Of a DNA stretch of 64,000 nucleotides, positions 1 to 12,250 are shown in pieces. The stretch is taken from NCBI GenBank assembly GCA_964016885.1, contig OZ024740.1, positions 181,598,001 through 181,662,000 on the forward strand. The letters are read 5' to 3'. The notes beneath the pieces are model-generated. The model ran no database searches. It was not told the DNA's origin and saw only the letters and a program-made list of their open reading frames with translations. The stretch comes from Eledone cirrhosa (Eukaryota). The position numbers were made by a program, and so were the translations under genes. Position 1 is the first letter of the stretch, and each line of letters begins with the position of its first letter.

Positions 1-2624
1 ATCTTCTGAAACTAACAAAGTCAATCTGTAAACGCAGAACTGGATATTTCAAAAAATGTTGCAACCGGAGGAAGACAGGAAGTCGATACTTTGGTTCGTG
101 GTAACGTTCGCTGGCAAAGAACGGGAAAAAACGAATAATACGTCATTAATAGGAGCGGTGAAAAACAATTACGTGCAAAGACAGAACCACGTTTATGGTA
201 TAAAAGAGGTCGTAGACTAATGTTCTCTTAGGTGGTGCATAGAGACGTTCTCTGGCAATGAACGAAAAAACGAAGATAATAAGTCATATGTGGAGCGTGG
301 AGAACAATAGCACGCAAAGACAAAACCACGTAAATGGTATAGCAGAAGTTGTAGACTAAAATTCTAACTAGGAGACCAAATGAATCTCCGCTACAGAGTT
401 AAGAACAAAGTAAATAAATACAATACAGAAGTAATAGAAACAAATAAATACATACACGCAAACAGATACGTACATACACAAGCATACGCAAAACCTTACC
501 ATAGGTATACAAAACCACGCACATATAAATATGTGTGTCTGTGTATGCTTGTGTACAAATAAATAAATAATTATATAAACGTATATAAGTAAATAAATAC
601 GTATATAACAAGCGCACACACATACCTACAAATAAATACACGAATGTTCGGAGACGTATGTCAACTAAAACAAGAAGTACACATATACACACACCCACCA
701 TACGTACGAACCTGCATACTCACGCAGACGCAAAACGCCCGTATACACATAGCCAAACCCTAAATACCAGACTATGTAAAAATTATACGCCATAACAGTC
801 AAATATACGTACTAGAAGGTATACATACCTTCACAAAACATACGGGTAATATATACTTACCTATGCAAATAAGTAAAGGAATAAACAAAACATATAATTA
901 GCTCCCACATCAAGACGTAAAATATCCACGTATATATCGTGCTATCCGTTAGGGTATAACGTGGGGCTGTAATACAGGAAACTTTTGTGCAATTTATGTT
1001 TACAAGCCGAAATTGCCTCAGATTTTGTGTTTAAGATGTGGTCTGTGGCGTAGAGTATTTCCAGGGCCTCAGCGGCGCAGAGGTCACATGGGCTTTTATT
1101 TCCGTTATACGATCTAGCCCTAACTAGGATCTCCCAGTGTAACTTATATTGGGTGTGGTTGTCTTTTAGACTCCAGATATAAGCTGAAAGTGACGTCATA
1201 TTCCTTCTTAGAGGGTAACGAAAAGAATGGGTATGCATGTAAAGACGCTGCTTGAAACTATTGGCGGTTAACCCTATGTAGGCCCTACGGGACGTGGGTG
1301 TTACAACCTTACATTTGTAGACAATGTTACTAGAGAGGCATTTCCCGGATAGGGGACAATCAGCCCGATTCCTACAATTACAGTTAGTACTAACTACAGG
1401 GTTGCACGTGTTCCTACGGCTAGGTAGCTTAGCTAAATTTGAAGCTGTGATGTTATGTGCAAGGTTAGGAGTCGTAGAGTAAGAAATTTTAATAGTATTT
1501 CTATTAAAAATGTTACTATATTTATGTGTAGGGGGAAAATTCTTCGTAATAAGGGAAAGAAAGATCTTAGCTAATGGTGTGGCCTCCTCCATATTATATG
1601 GTGGGTTAAACCAACAAATGCAACGGGATCTATTTCTTCTAGGTCTATTTTCGTACTCTGTATATGCTACCTTATCGACAAATCCACTTCGAGCAAGAGC
1701 TTCATTGTAATAAGTGGAATGGTCGTTGAAAATGCGCTCGTTGGTGGAAAGACGGGAAAGCCTCAACGAAACGTTTTTTACCAGGTTCTTGATTACGCTG
1801 GCAGGATGGTTGGAATGCTTACTTATGTAATTAAGCGTGTCATTCGGCTTTCTATACGGGTAATACAACCCATTCAATAAATTGAGTGTAACGTCGAGGT
1901 AATTAACGACCGAGAGATTGGCCTCAACCTGTATAGAGAGGTTGATGCCTTTAAAGAAGGCTGTGAGTTCTTTTCTGAACCTGTCGCAAGCACGAGGTCC
2001 GCACTTAGTCATGGTCAAATGACCATCGTCACGGTACAAACCACCGCCCGCGTTGGGGTTATTTACTTTGTTCTTAACTCTGGAGCGGAGATTCATTTGG
2101 TCTCCTAGTTAGAATTTTAGTCTACAACTTCTGCTATACCATTTACGTGGTTTTGTCTTTGCGTGCTATTGTTCTACACGCTCCACATATGACTTATTAT
2201 CTTCGTTTTTTCGTTCATTGCCAGAGAACGTCTCTATGCATCACCTAAGAGAACATTAGTCTACGACCTCTTTTATACCATAAACGTGGTTCTGTCTTTG
2301 CGCGTAATTGTTTTTCACCGCTCCTATTAATGACGTATTATTCGTTTTTTCGCGTTCTTTGCCAGTGAACGTTACCACGAACCAAAGTATCGTCTTCCTG
2401 TCTTCCTCCGGTTGCAACGTTTTTTGAAATATCCAGTTCTGCGTTTACAGATTGACTTTGTTAGTTTCAGAAGATCCCGTTAAGGGTGAAAGCAGCGATT
2501 CTTTGCTTACACTTTAATCTGTTATTTTAATAAATATTTGCTCTTCGGTTCTTATATATATGATATATATTTTCCTTATCGAGCTCTCTTTGGATTTTAG
2601 TCTTCAATTTTATTATTATTACTA

Positions 2625-2628
<4 letters not shown>
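1..2628 (-). mobile_element. 5'-truncated Penelope-like element with inverted pseudo-LTR; runs off the left edge of the window
   Basis: 1-417 is the reverse complement of 2059-2475 with few mismatches. It encloses an RT/GIY-YIG ORF and is bounded on the right by (TA)n at 2629-2676. Confidence 0.9.
942..2058 (-). CDS. PLE polyprotein, C-terminal half (RT catalytic motif, thumb, Cys-rich linker, GIY-YIG endonuclease); 5'-truncated
   Basis: Motifs YRDDG, YLDVTLNL, SNHP, WFNPPY, CNCRNRADCPLSGKC, NIVY...YIG, FKQR...H, CDLC...E. The frame is open to the stop. The ORF-track Met at 2096 lies in the inverted arm. Confidence 0.88.
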
Positions 2629-2676
<48 letters not shown>

Positions 2677-2677
<1 letters not shown>

Positions 2678-2865
2678 GATATTAATAAATGGAAACTATA
2701 TTTATAAAACCATATTTATTTCATTATACATATTTCACGGATACCACATTAAATTATGGTATGCCTTCATCAGACAAAATACAATATATAACAGTTTTAC
2801 AAATAGGTTTGACGTACCCTTTAAAATACAACCATTACTTTTGGAGGCTGTCTGGATAGTGATTA
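2677..2865 (-). mobile_element. Non-coding PLE-type HHR element, family A (single arm)
   Basis: Shares aataaatggaaactatatttataaaaccatatttatt and the HHR with 38951-39135 and 59472-59580; abuts (TA)n. Confidence 0.8.
2718..2780 (-). ncRNA. Type I hammerhead ribozyme (family A)
   Basis: Minus strand reads attttgt-CTGATGA-aggc-atacca...tggtat-ccgt-GAAA-tatgta-TA-atgaaat; stem I includes G.U pairs. Confidence 0.7.
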
Positions 2866-3359
2866 GTTCATATAATAAGTCATAGTGTTAAGCACAATTA
2901 GAGAAAGACGGAGAGAAAGAAAGAGAAAAGAACAAAGACAGAGAGATAGAAAGAAAAGAGAAAGAAAAGAGAAAGAAAAAGAGAAAGAAAACCTGGAGAA
3001 ATATCGGAGAGAGAGAAAAGTATGGAGAAAAGAAAGAGATAGATAAATATAGGAGGAAATAATAAAGAAAGAAAAGGAAGGAATAAGAAAAACAAAGGAA
3101 TAAGAAAAACAAAGGAAAGCAACAGAGAGATATCAAGTCATCATACAGAAAGAGAAACTCAAGAGAGAGAAATACTATATAGAGAGAGGGGGACAGTGAC
3201 AACTTTTCGTCATGTCATATTAAGTTAAGTTAACAATTTATATGAAATGAATAATAAAAATATAAATATAAGTATCAATATTCATGAATGGGACATAGGT
3301 ATATAATATGAGAAATATTAAACATTGTTCAATAATGACCATATGTTTAGTTTAGAAAC

Positions 3360-6300
3360 TTGAGATCAATATACCAAAATCTGAGTTCAAAATGTACCCT
3401 TGGTGATAAGCACTTTAACAGGAAACTAGAGTGGCTTAAACAGATAAAGCTAAATCAGGATACTATAGAGAATACCAATAGATATCCCGACAAAATTGAC
3501 GGTATAAACATGGCCGACACCTCATTAACAGAAGAGTTCAACAACAAAAACACCAATATATATGGGAACGCAAGAATAGATAATGACGAGATGTCTGTGC
3601 TGTGTTTGCCCCCGAAATTTGCGACATTCAGGAAGGTAAATATGATTAGTTGTCTGTCAGAAATAGAAAAATCATTTACAAAACTACGCTGGAGCATCAA
3701 AAACAACAACACACACGCATTCAATGCCTCTCACCAGCACCACATTCTTAACAAACACACAGACACAGAAAACAAGTAATGACAGTAGCACAGAAATCAT
3801 AGAAATAAGGGAAAGTAATAGGATTAAAAGGAGAAGGGAGACTAAGAACAAAGAGAATAACCAAGACGAACACACAGACACACAAAATAGGGTAGATAAC
3901 AACAATGAGCCCGTGGAAAGAGACAGGAGTAATTATGAGAGACATAGAAACAACCATGAGGCTGTTGGTGGAAATAGAAATAGAAACAACACAACTAACA
4001 ATAATAACACTAGTACACATAAAGCAGCAGCCTGGAACTCTCCGTTTTATAATCCCTCCGATAAATCATTCGACCTGCGACGAGTCCACGCCACGACTTT
4101 ACCATTTAACAGACGCACGCAATTGCCGTCGCAGGTCGATGAACAAACAGAAGCACAATTCAGTATAGCTAGATCAGAACTTAGAAATATTATAGAACAG
4201 TATAGCAAGAAGCATAATAGAATGGAGGCCCAGCAACTGGGAGAAAAATCTGCAAATGGCTTGCGTAAGCTCATGCAGCGCTCACGTAATGGAGAGATAG
4301 CATGCTTTCCAACAGACAAGTCTGGCAGAATGTCGGTTGACAGCCTGCCAAACTACATCCAGGCAATGCAACCCCACATCACTAACACAAGAGAGGTAAC
4401 ACCACAGGAGCATGAGGATAGAGAAAAAGCCCTCAATGCCCATATGGTGATGTGGACGAATATAATGCAGCCCAACAAAAGGACTGCCAACAACTTCCAG
4501 GCCTGGAACAATGACGTGCCGGCGTTGTATGGGCTTCGAAAAGACCATAAAACGGGCTGTGACCCTGTCGCGGGACCACCAACACGGCCAGTCTGTGGAG
4601 CTAACATTGCTAGTAACTACAGACTGTCCTACTTCCTCTCCCTGATCATAGCGCCCCATCATTGAAATGTCCCCAGATGTATGTGACAGCACGCAGGACC
4701 TCCTCAGCAGAATCGGCGTGGGTAACCGATCTGGAAACCTAACAAACTGCATAATAGGCAGTATGGATGTTGTGTCCCTGTATCAATCTATTGAGGTGGA
4801 TTTTGCTGTGGAGAAATGCGTAGAAATGATCAGTGAGAGCAAGGTTGAGTTCCGTGGGATTGATACCAGTGAGCTGGGACTCCTACTTAAGCTTACCTAT
4901 AGTAATAGTTACCTAGACACATATGACCTTAGCAACCTGTGCCCTACAAGACCAGCAAGAGGCAGACCATCTACCATTACCTCAATGGCCAAGAAAACCC
5001 AAACAGATAGATGGAACGGGTGGACCAGAGTCATACGGACACCCGAAAACCACGATGAACTGAAGAAAATGATTGCACATGCGGTAGGGGCCAGCATAAA
5101 ACTAACCCTTAAGGAACATATGTTCAAATTTAATGGAAATACATATGCCCAAGAGGAAGGAGCAGCCATTGGTGTTAGCATTGCAGGCGACATAGCTAAC
5201 TTATTCATGGTATGGTGGGACAGTAGACTTAAACTTAAACTTAAAGAACAATTAGAAGACAGCTTAACCCTGATAATGTACTCCCGCTACGTAGATGATA
5301 TAAACATCGTAGTTAAGACACCCCCACTAGAGAACAGTCAGGAACTAGAGAAAAACACAATGGAAAGCATCCAGCAAATAGCAAACTCCATCCACCATAG
5401 CATTAGAGTTACTATAGACTACCCAAGTAGACACCCCAACCATCGATTACCTGTACTAGACACAGAGCTCTGGTTAGATACCATTAACAACCAAAAACAA
5501 ATCCTCCATTCCTATTATGCCAAACCCATGACTTCCAAACATCTGATCCACCGAAACTCGGCCATTTCGGACCATACCAAAATCAACATACTGATTGTGG
5601 ATTTGGTACGGGTGATGAGAAATGTGTCCCGCATGTGCAACCCCAAAGAACTAGAGAGACACGTACAACACTTCATCCACCGTATGCAGTTCTCTGGCTA
5701 CAATCAGAGAGATAGAATCAGAGTGTATAGAGGAGCCAGAACCAAATTGGAAAAAATGGTAAATAATGACATAAATGGGACCTGCCCCTTGTATAGGAGC
5801 AAATTTTGGACTAGAATAGAAAGAACTAGAAACAAGGCTTATTGAATAAACTCATGGTATGATAGCAATAAATACCAGAGTGTAATGTTCATCGATACAA
5901 CACCTAGAGGCGAACTAGCCTACAAATTTAGAAGGGCCCTAAATAAACATAAACTCAATATTAAGATAGTAGAAAGACCAAGTACCTCCGTAAAAACACT
6001 TATTAGCAAGACATACCCTTTTCAAAGACCCTCATGTATAGATAAGAAATGTATAACCTGTAAAATAAGCCCCCATATTAACTGTAAAACTAGAAATGTA
6101 GTGTATAGCATAAGATGTACTGAAGGACAATGTAGAAACAAAAATATAGTGTACATAGGTGAGACAGCTCGTATTATAGGGGAACGGATAAATGAACACT
6201 GGCGAGACCTTCAAGATAATAAAGAATCATCTGTACTCTACCAACATGCTAAGATAGAACACAAGGGTAAATTAGAGAACATAGAAATAAAAATAGAATC

Positions 6301-6418
6301 TACACACAGAAAAGATGCAATGTTTAGACAAATTACAGAAGCAATAAACATAAAAGAATTACAACCAAAATTAAATAGAAAATATGAGTGGAACAGCAAC
6401 ATCACAACTTACAACTAA
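3360..6418 (+). pseudogene. PLE RT-GIY-YIG polyprotein, Naiad-like motifs; two frameshifts and one in-frame TGA
   Basis: Consecutive ORFs give LPPKFA...KLRW, PTDKSG, LYGLRKDHK, RPVCG, GSMDVVSLY, GAAIG, RYVDD, DYPS...LPVLD, RMQFSGY, PLYR, CxxxxCxxC, NVVY...YIGETAR. Breaks at ~3750, ~4660 and TGA 5843-5845. Confidence 0.9.
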
Positions 6419-6630
6419 GGACAAAATGAAAACACACGCACACATAGAACAAACAACCAACCAATAACATGTAAATAAATAAATAAATAAACAAATAGAT
6501 AAATGAACATAAACACACACAGACACCCGGATGTGGCGCATGCGCAAACTGAGCACACAACACACACACAGAAACAAAATGGCGTAGAACAGAACAAAGG
6601 AGAGGCACAGAAACAAAGAAAGGAATCCCC

Positions 6631-6675
6631 AGTCACTGAAGAGGTCACAGAGTGTGTGACGAAAGGACTATGACT
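6631..6675 (+). ncRNA. Minimal type I hammerhead ribozyme in PLE 3' pLTR
   Basis: agtca-CTGAAGA-g-gtcaca-gagtg-tgtgac-GAAA-ggac-TA-tgact: 5-bp stem I, 6-bp stem II, 1-bp stem III. Confidence 0.85.
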
Positions 6676-6825
6676 ATATATAAACAACTATCTGGTTGTG
6701 GAACCAACCAACCAACCAGAAATTTATAAATTTATAAATTTGTAAATTTATAGATATATAATAAATTGAAGTGAAAGCAACTGGTGCGTGTGTTTCTTAT
6801 TGGCAACATGACCCTCCCAAAGTAT

Positions 6826-6871
<46 letters not shown>

Positions 6872-7139
6872 CGGCGATGAATTAGTTTAGCGAGGTCTTT
6901 TATATGAAATCGTGTGTCGAAACAGATATTGTTATACTTGGTGAGGGTCATATTTGAGTAATATTGCCAGTATTAATAACAGAACACACTCACTGTTTGG
7001 TTGGGTTTCGCTTCTCGCTGTCTTTTATGTCTGCGATCTAACTTACTCGGTCCTCAATGTTGCCATTGACTGACCGACGGTCAAAAATAATATAGATACA
7101 ATATAGACACAAACACATATATATAGTTTACATAATTTA

Positions 7140-7177
7140 CATAAATCTTTCGTTGCATATCTGCAACATCGTCAGTG
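7140..7177 (-). ncRNA. Minimal hammerhead ribozyme with eroded stem I
   Basis: Minus strand: ca-CTGACGA-t-gttgca-gata-tgcaac-GAAA-gatt-TA-tg. Confidence 0.6.
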
Positions 7178-7454
7178 GTGTTATATTTTTTTTTCCTCCT
7201 GTTGTGTTGTATGTCTACGCCATTTTTTTATTCAGTCTGTCTATATATTTATTTATTTATTTGCTTGTTTGTTTATTTTATTTTGTCTTCTTTGCGCATG
7301 CGTTTGCGTGTGTGTATAGTGTTATGTGTGCTGTGTGACTAGTGTGTATAGTGTTGTCTGCTGGGTGACTAGTGTGTGTTTATGTGCTTGTTGTTATTGT
7401 GCTTGTGTATGTATTTATTTACCTTATTTTATTTTATTTTATTTATTTACTTAT

Positions 7455-9248
7455 TTATACTTCTCTTAGGTCAGTGTGGTTTGTTTGGGTGTTGTTGTTG
7501 TTCAACTCATTCTTTCTGTTTAGCTTTGGTCTTCTAAATTCTATTTCACTGGCCTCTCTGATTTGCCTATCTGCTGGATCATTCCTATGTTTAGATATTA
7601 TTCTAATTTCTATGTTGTCTATGTTACCGTCATGTTGTTGTCTAGCATGTTCGTATAGTACTGACTCGTTTTTTCGTCCTTTTAGTTCCCCCCAGTGTTG
7701 GTCTATCCTTTCACCTATGCTACGAGCTGTCTCATCTATGTATGTTGTTGTCATGTTTCTGCAAGTACCCTCTGTACATCTTATGCTATAGACTACGTTT
7801 CTAGTTTTACAGTTTATCCAGGGGTTCACCTTACATATGATACATTTCCTATTGGTACAGTGGGTTTTCTTAAAAGGGTAGGTTTTGCTGATCAGGGATT
7901 TTATGGTGGTTCCTGGCTTTTCTACCACCTTTATTTTTAAGTGGGTCTTTCTCAGGGCCTTTCTACACTGGTTAGCTAATTTCCCTGCAGGGGTGGCGTC
8001 CACAAACATGACACTCTGATATCTCTGGTTGTCGTACCATGATGTGGCCTTCCCTATCTTATGTCTAGCCCTATCTAAGCTATTCCATGATTTGCTCCTG
8101 TATATTGGGCAAATTCCTTTCATGTCCAGTTCTATGAGGGTCTTATACTTTTCCATGGCTCCTTCGTATACTCTGACTCTGTCTCTTTGGTTGTAGCCAG
8201 AGAACTGCATGCGGTTGATGAAGTGTTGGATGTGTCTTTCCATTTCTGTTGGGTCGCACATGCTGGACACATACTTCATCACTCGTACCAAATCTGCGAT
8301 CAGAATATTAAACTTAGCACTACTGGACATTGCTGAGTTTTTGAGTATCAGGTATTTGGAGGCCATGGGTTTAGCATAGTGTGAGTGGAGAATTTGGGCT
8401 CTCTCGTCTATAGTGTTAATCCAGAGTTCTGTGTCTAATACAGGTAGTCTATTGTTAGGGTGTTTGGAAGGGAAGTCGATAGTTACAGTTATACTCTGGT
8501 GTATGGAATTAGCTATCTGCTGGATGCTTTCCATCGTGCTACGTTCTAAATCAAACTTGTTAGTGCTCTCTAGTGGGGGTGTTCTTATAACTATATTGAT
8601 ATCGTCTACATAACGAGAGTACATGATGAGGTCTGTGGAGCTTTCATTAAGGAGATCTTTAAGTCTCCTTTCCCACCATACCATGAAAAGGTTGGCAATA
8701 TCACCAGCTATGCTGACGCCGGTGGCTGCTCCCTCATTTTGGGTGTAGAATTTCTCATTGAACTTAAATATGTGGCCCTTTAGGGTAGTTTTGATACTAG
8801 CCCCTATTGCATGTGCGACCATTTTTCTTACCTGATCATTGTTTTGGGGGGTCCGTATAGCTTTGGTCCACCCAACCCACCTTCCTATGGGAGTCTTTTT
8901 TGCCATTGAGGTTATGGTGGGGGGTCTACCTCTTATAGGTCTACTAGGGCAGAAACATCTAAGGTCATGGCTGTCTAGGTAGTCAGTGTCGTAGGTAAGT
9001 CTAAGTAGGAGGCCCAGTTCATCTGTGTCGAAGTCGCAGAACTCCACCTAACTTTCAATGATCATCTGCACACATCTTTTCACAGCAAAATCAATGTTAA
9101 TGGATGGGTACAGTGACACCACATCCATGCTACCTATTATGCAGTTGGATAGGCTCCTGTTTTTGTTGCACTCACTGATTCTGCTGAGGAGGTCCTCTGT
9201 ACTTTCACATACATCTGGGGACATCTTGATTATGGGGCGTATAACCAC
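7455..9248 (-). pseudogene. PLE RT-GIY-YIG, paralogue of 3360-6418; one TAG at 9048-9050; 5'-truncated
   Basis: GSMDVVSLYPSI, RYVDD, DFPS...LPVLD, RMQFSGY, CxxxxCxxC, NVVY...YIDETAR. Colinear with the + strand copy, which has Lys at the TAG position. Confidence 0.9.
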
Positions 9249-9476
9249 TGTATTATTTTTGACCGTCGGTCAGTCAATGGCAACATTGAGGACCGAGTAA
9301 GTTAGATCGCAGATATAAAAGACAGCGAGAAGCGAAAACCAACCAAACAGTGAGTGTGTTCTGTTATTAATACTGGCAATATTACGCAAATATGACCCTC
9401 CCCAAGTATAACAATATATATATATATATTACTGAAAAAGAACAAATGAACTATTATGACATTATAACAAGTTTAT

Positions 9477-9523
9477 TGTCGACAGTCGTTTCGTCCGACC
9501 ACATGGTGGGACTTTTCAAGGCA
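9477..9523 (-). ncRNA. Hammerhead, U3-A8 variant (inverted copy, one stem I mismatch)
   Basis: Reverse complement of 11277-11323 with two substitutions. Confidence 0.65.
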
Positions 9524-11276
9524 TATAACATGTGATCATTATTTACATCAACGTATCACTCAAGGCTAGCAGTTTGAAATTGTGGTATACAATTGTGGGC
9601 TTGGAGTTCGTAATATACCACCCCAGTCAAATCCACACTGGTTTTTTAACAACATAGCATGTAGACCAATACATCCTACGTAGCGAGACCTTGGACTTAG
9701 AACCGGCAGGCTGGTCTATCGCGAAAGCGTACAACCCCTGAAACTAAAAGATCGAACGGACCACATCCAGCAACCACTGGCTATTAGATCCACAGGTACA
9801 TCTCCCAGAGAGTCCACGCAACTGATAATGAATCCCAGTTGATCCATAAACTTTTAAACAAGACCAGCTGTGCCTGGAGCTATGCAGATGACTACATACG
9901 CATAATGGATATCGTGCCTGGAGCTATGCAGATGACTACATACGCATAATGGATATCGCGCCCACACGGTCACCAGTACTGTTCATCCTGTTGTATGTAT
10001 GTAAATATCCGTGCGTGGGATATCCCTGAGTACATTTTCTTGACCATCAATTGTTAATCGATTGTTTGTTAATTAGGCAGGAATATACCATTGTGTCTGT
10101 GCTAATCTATGTGTTGCTGTGTATGTGTAAAGTATCCGAGCGCGGGATATCCCTGAGCTAATTTTGCCTGACTGTTAATAGTGTTTTGATTACTTGTTAA
10201 TTAGGCAGGAATATATATTATTATGTCTTTGTTAATCCTGTATCAATAATTTTATAATAATATTTTGTGATAATACATTGTTAGATTACTGAAGCTACCT
10301 TATACCTTAATTAGGCAGGAATATATATTATTATGCCTTTGTTAATCCTGTATCAATAATTTTATAATAATTTTTTGTGATAATACATTGTTAGATTACT
10401 GAAGCTACCATATACCTTCTTAAAAATACATTTTTTAATTATTGTCTTTTTACTTATGTATTTTCTTATTTACCACTTTCTTTAATCTTGCCCGACTTGA
10501 TAAACTCCTTGAATTGCTCCCTAATTAAATTACTTAAATTACTTAAATTATTGTACCTATTATGCTTAAGTTGTATCTGTTGAAGCAGCCCTTTGAAAAT
10601 TCCTCGGATATCCCAAATACCGTCATTTTTAACTTTTAATGTATAATTTTCCTCAATTCGTATTTATATATATCCTTAAGGGCTCTCTAAAATGTTAATT
10701 CTTCGAAGGGTCTCTCGGAAGAAGTTCCTATTAAAAATATTAAAGGGGCCTTTTCTGAGAGAATTATAGAAGGCTCGTTGAATTAACCTTTAATTGATTA
10801 GTTTCTTTCAACTTAGAAGCGAATATCAAAACTTCGTAAGTTTTCTGAAATTTGTAAACGTGATCTCGGGGAAGAAGGTTTTTTTCTTTCGGAGAAAAAT
10901 GTTTTTTCTCTAGAAGGAATTTCATAGGAAACTTTATATATTTTTTAGGGAAATTTTATATTTTTATTTTTTATTTTATTAGCCTCTTAATTTCTTCTAG
11001 TCTAGTAGGTTTATTGGAGCCTGTAAGCTTTATGCACTTATTGAGGGATTTTCTAAGGTGCTTCTACGGGACCCCAAGTCTTTTAGTTTACTGTTAATGC
11101 GTAAATTATATATTATCTAATTTTTAAACTTCAATCCCTGACCCCGACAACTAATTTAAAAGAGCCCCCTTAGAATATAGACCCCAACTATACAAGCAGA
11201 GTTGCTGATGTATACTACAATTTCAAACTGCTAGCCTTGAGTGATACGTTGATGTAAATAATGATCACATGTTATA

Positions 11277-11323
11277 TGCCTTGAAAAGTCCCACCATGTG
11301 GTCGGACGAAACGGCTGTCGGCA
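11277..11323 (+). ncRNA. Type I hammerhead, U3-A8 core variant
   Basis: tgcc-TTGAAAA-gtcc-caccatgtggtc-ggac-GAAA-cggctg-TC-ggca, followed by AATAAA. Confidence 0.8.
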
Positions 11324-11476
11324 ATAAACTTGTTATAATGTCATAATAGTTCATTTGTTCTTTTTCACTAATATTTCTGCTCTGCGTATACGCATAGAGC
11401 TTAACTAGCTACCGTCACATATTTGGTAGGTCAGACGTGATAATCGCGATTCACATACGACCTACCATACATCTTA

Positions 11477-11539
<63 letters not shown>

Positions 11540-11566
11540 ATGTAATAAACAACATAAGGCAATTAT

Positions 11567-11624
11567 TCCATTTACCAGTGGTTTCTTAAAAGCAAAAGGT
11601 TTTGCTTTCAATCCTCAGAATGAA
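11567..11624 (-). ncRNA. Type I hammerhead ribozyme
   Basis: Minus: ttcatt-CTGAGGA-ttgaaagcaaaa-cc-ttttgcttttaa-GAAA-ccactgg-TA-aatgga. Confidence 0.8.
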
Positions 11625-11633
11625 AAAATCCTT

Positions 11634-11691
11634 TTCATTCTGAGGATTGAAAGCAAAACCTTTTGTTTTTAAGAAATCACTGGTAAATGGA
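11634..11691 (+). ncRNA. Type I hammerhead ribozyme
   Basis: ttcatt-CTGAGGA-ttgaaagcaaaa-cc-ttttgtttttaa-GAAA-tcactgg-TA-aatgga. Confidence 0.8.
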
Positions 11692-11790
11692 ATAATTGCC
11701 TTATGTTGTTTATTACATAATAATAATAATTAAGCTCTGTTGCCTACATAGAGCACTCTTTTTTCCTGGACTTTTCCGATGGAATTATTT

Positions 11791-11876
<86 letters not shown>

Positions 11877-12250
11877 TTAGAAACACACAGATACATGCGG
11901 ACACACACATATACATGAATGCATCCGCACCCAACTGTGAGTTAAGGTGTGTGTCCGCATGTATCTGTGTGTTTCTAAATATATTGTTAATAACTCCCTC
12001 TTGTCGAGCAATCTTTGAAGTGTGGGGACAACTGGAAAGCCTCCATTACTCATACTTCTAGCCTTCTTCACCACCTCTTCTGCGGCCTCGATATGAATGC
12101 CCCCTCCGCCTCCGTGGTATTTTCTTCGTGGTTATAAGAGGCTTAGCTCTGTTTCTCGACCGTTATATCGCGTGACTAACTCCCCCTCCGCCTTTTGGGA
12201 TTCTTTCTCACGTCGTGTAGACGCGTTCTTGAGACTAGTAAAATGAGGTA

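Larger units (their letters stand above)
6871..9415 (-). mobile_element. 5'-truncated PLE (Naiad-like) with inverted partial pLTR
   Basis: ~6926-7092 is the reverse complement of ~9250-9415; (TA)n on both sides. Confidence 0.9.
9426..11478 (+). mobile_element. Non-autonomous PLE-type element with inverted arms and 3' tail
   Basis: 9426-9591 is the reverse complement of 11209-11374; tail 11375-11478; (TA)n both sides. Faint GYP (~10606) and IFKLQSLTP (~11120) remnants. Confidence 0.8.
11535..11792. mobile_element. Miniature fold-back element: two divergent hammerheads plus tail
   Basis: 11535-11627 pairs with 11631-11723 almost perfectly; tail with gctct...agagc hairpin; (TA)n both sides. 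Confidence 0.85.

Noticed and set aside
2059-2096. Start codon of the 384-aa ORF
   Set aside because: The first ~13 codons come from the inverted pLTR arm (the same peptide starts ORF 380-562). It is a chance fusion to a truncated RT.
2462-2512. Hammerhead in the first PLE's pLTR
   Set aside because: The core is CAGAAGA and no satisfactory stem I could be paired, so it is not listed as a ribozyme.
5843-5845. In-frame TGA as selenocysteine (some Naiad PLEs encode selenoproteins)
   Set aside because: It aligns to Lys in the sister element, not Cys. The Cys sites seen use normal codons, the ORF also has frameshifts, and no SECIS is evident. Most likely a nonsense mutation.
9426-11374. Reading the inverted arms as DNA-transposon TIRs (MITEs) with TA duplication
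   Set aside because: The arms are unequal, contain HHRs and AATAAA, and mirror the inverted pLTRs of the neighbouring coding PLEs.
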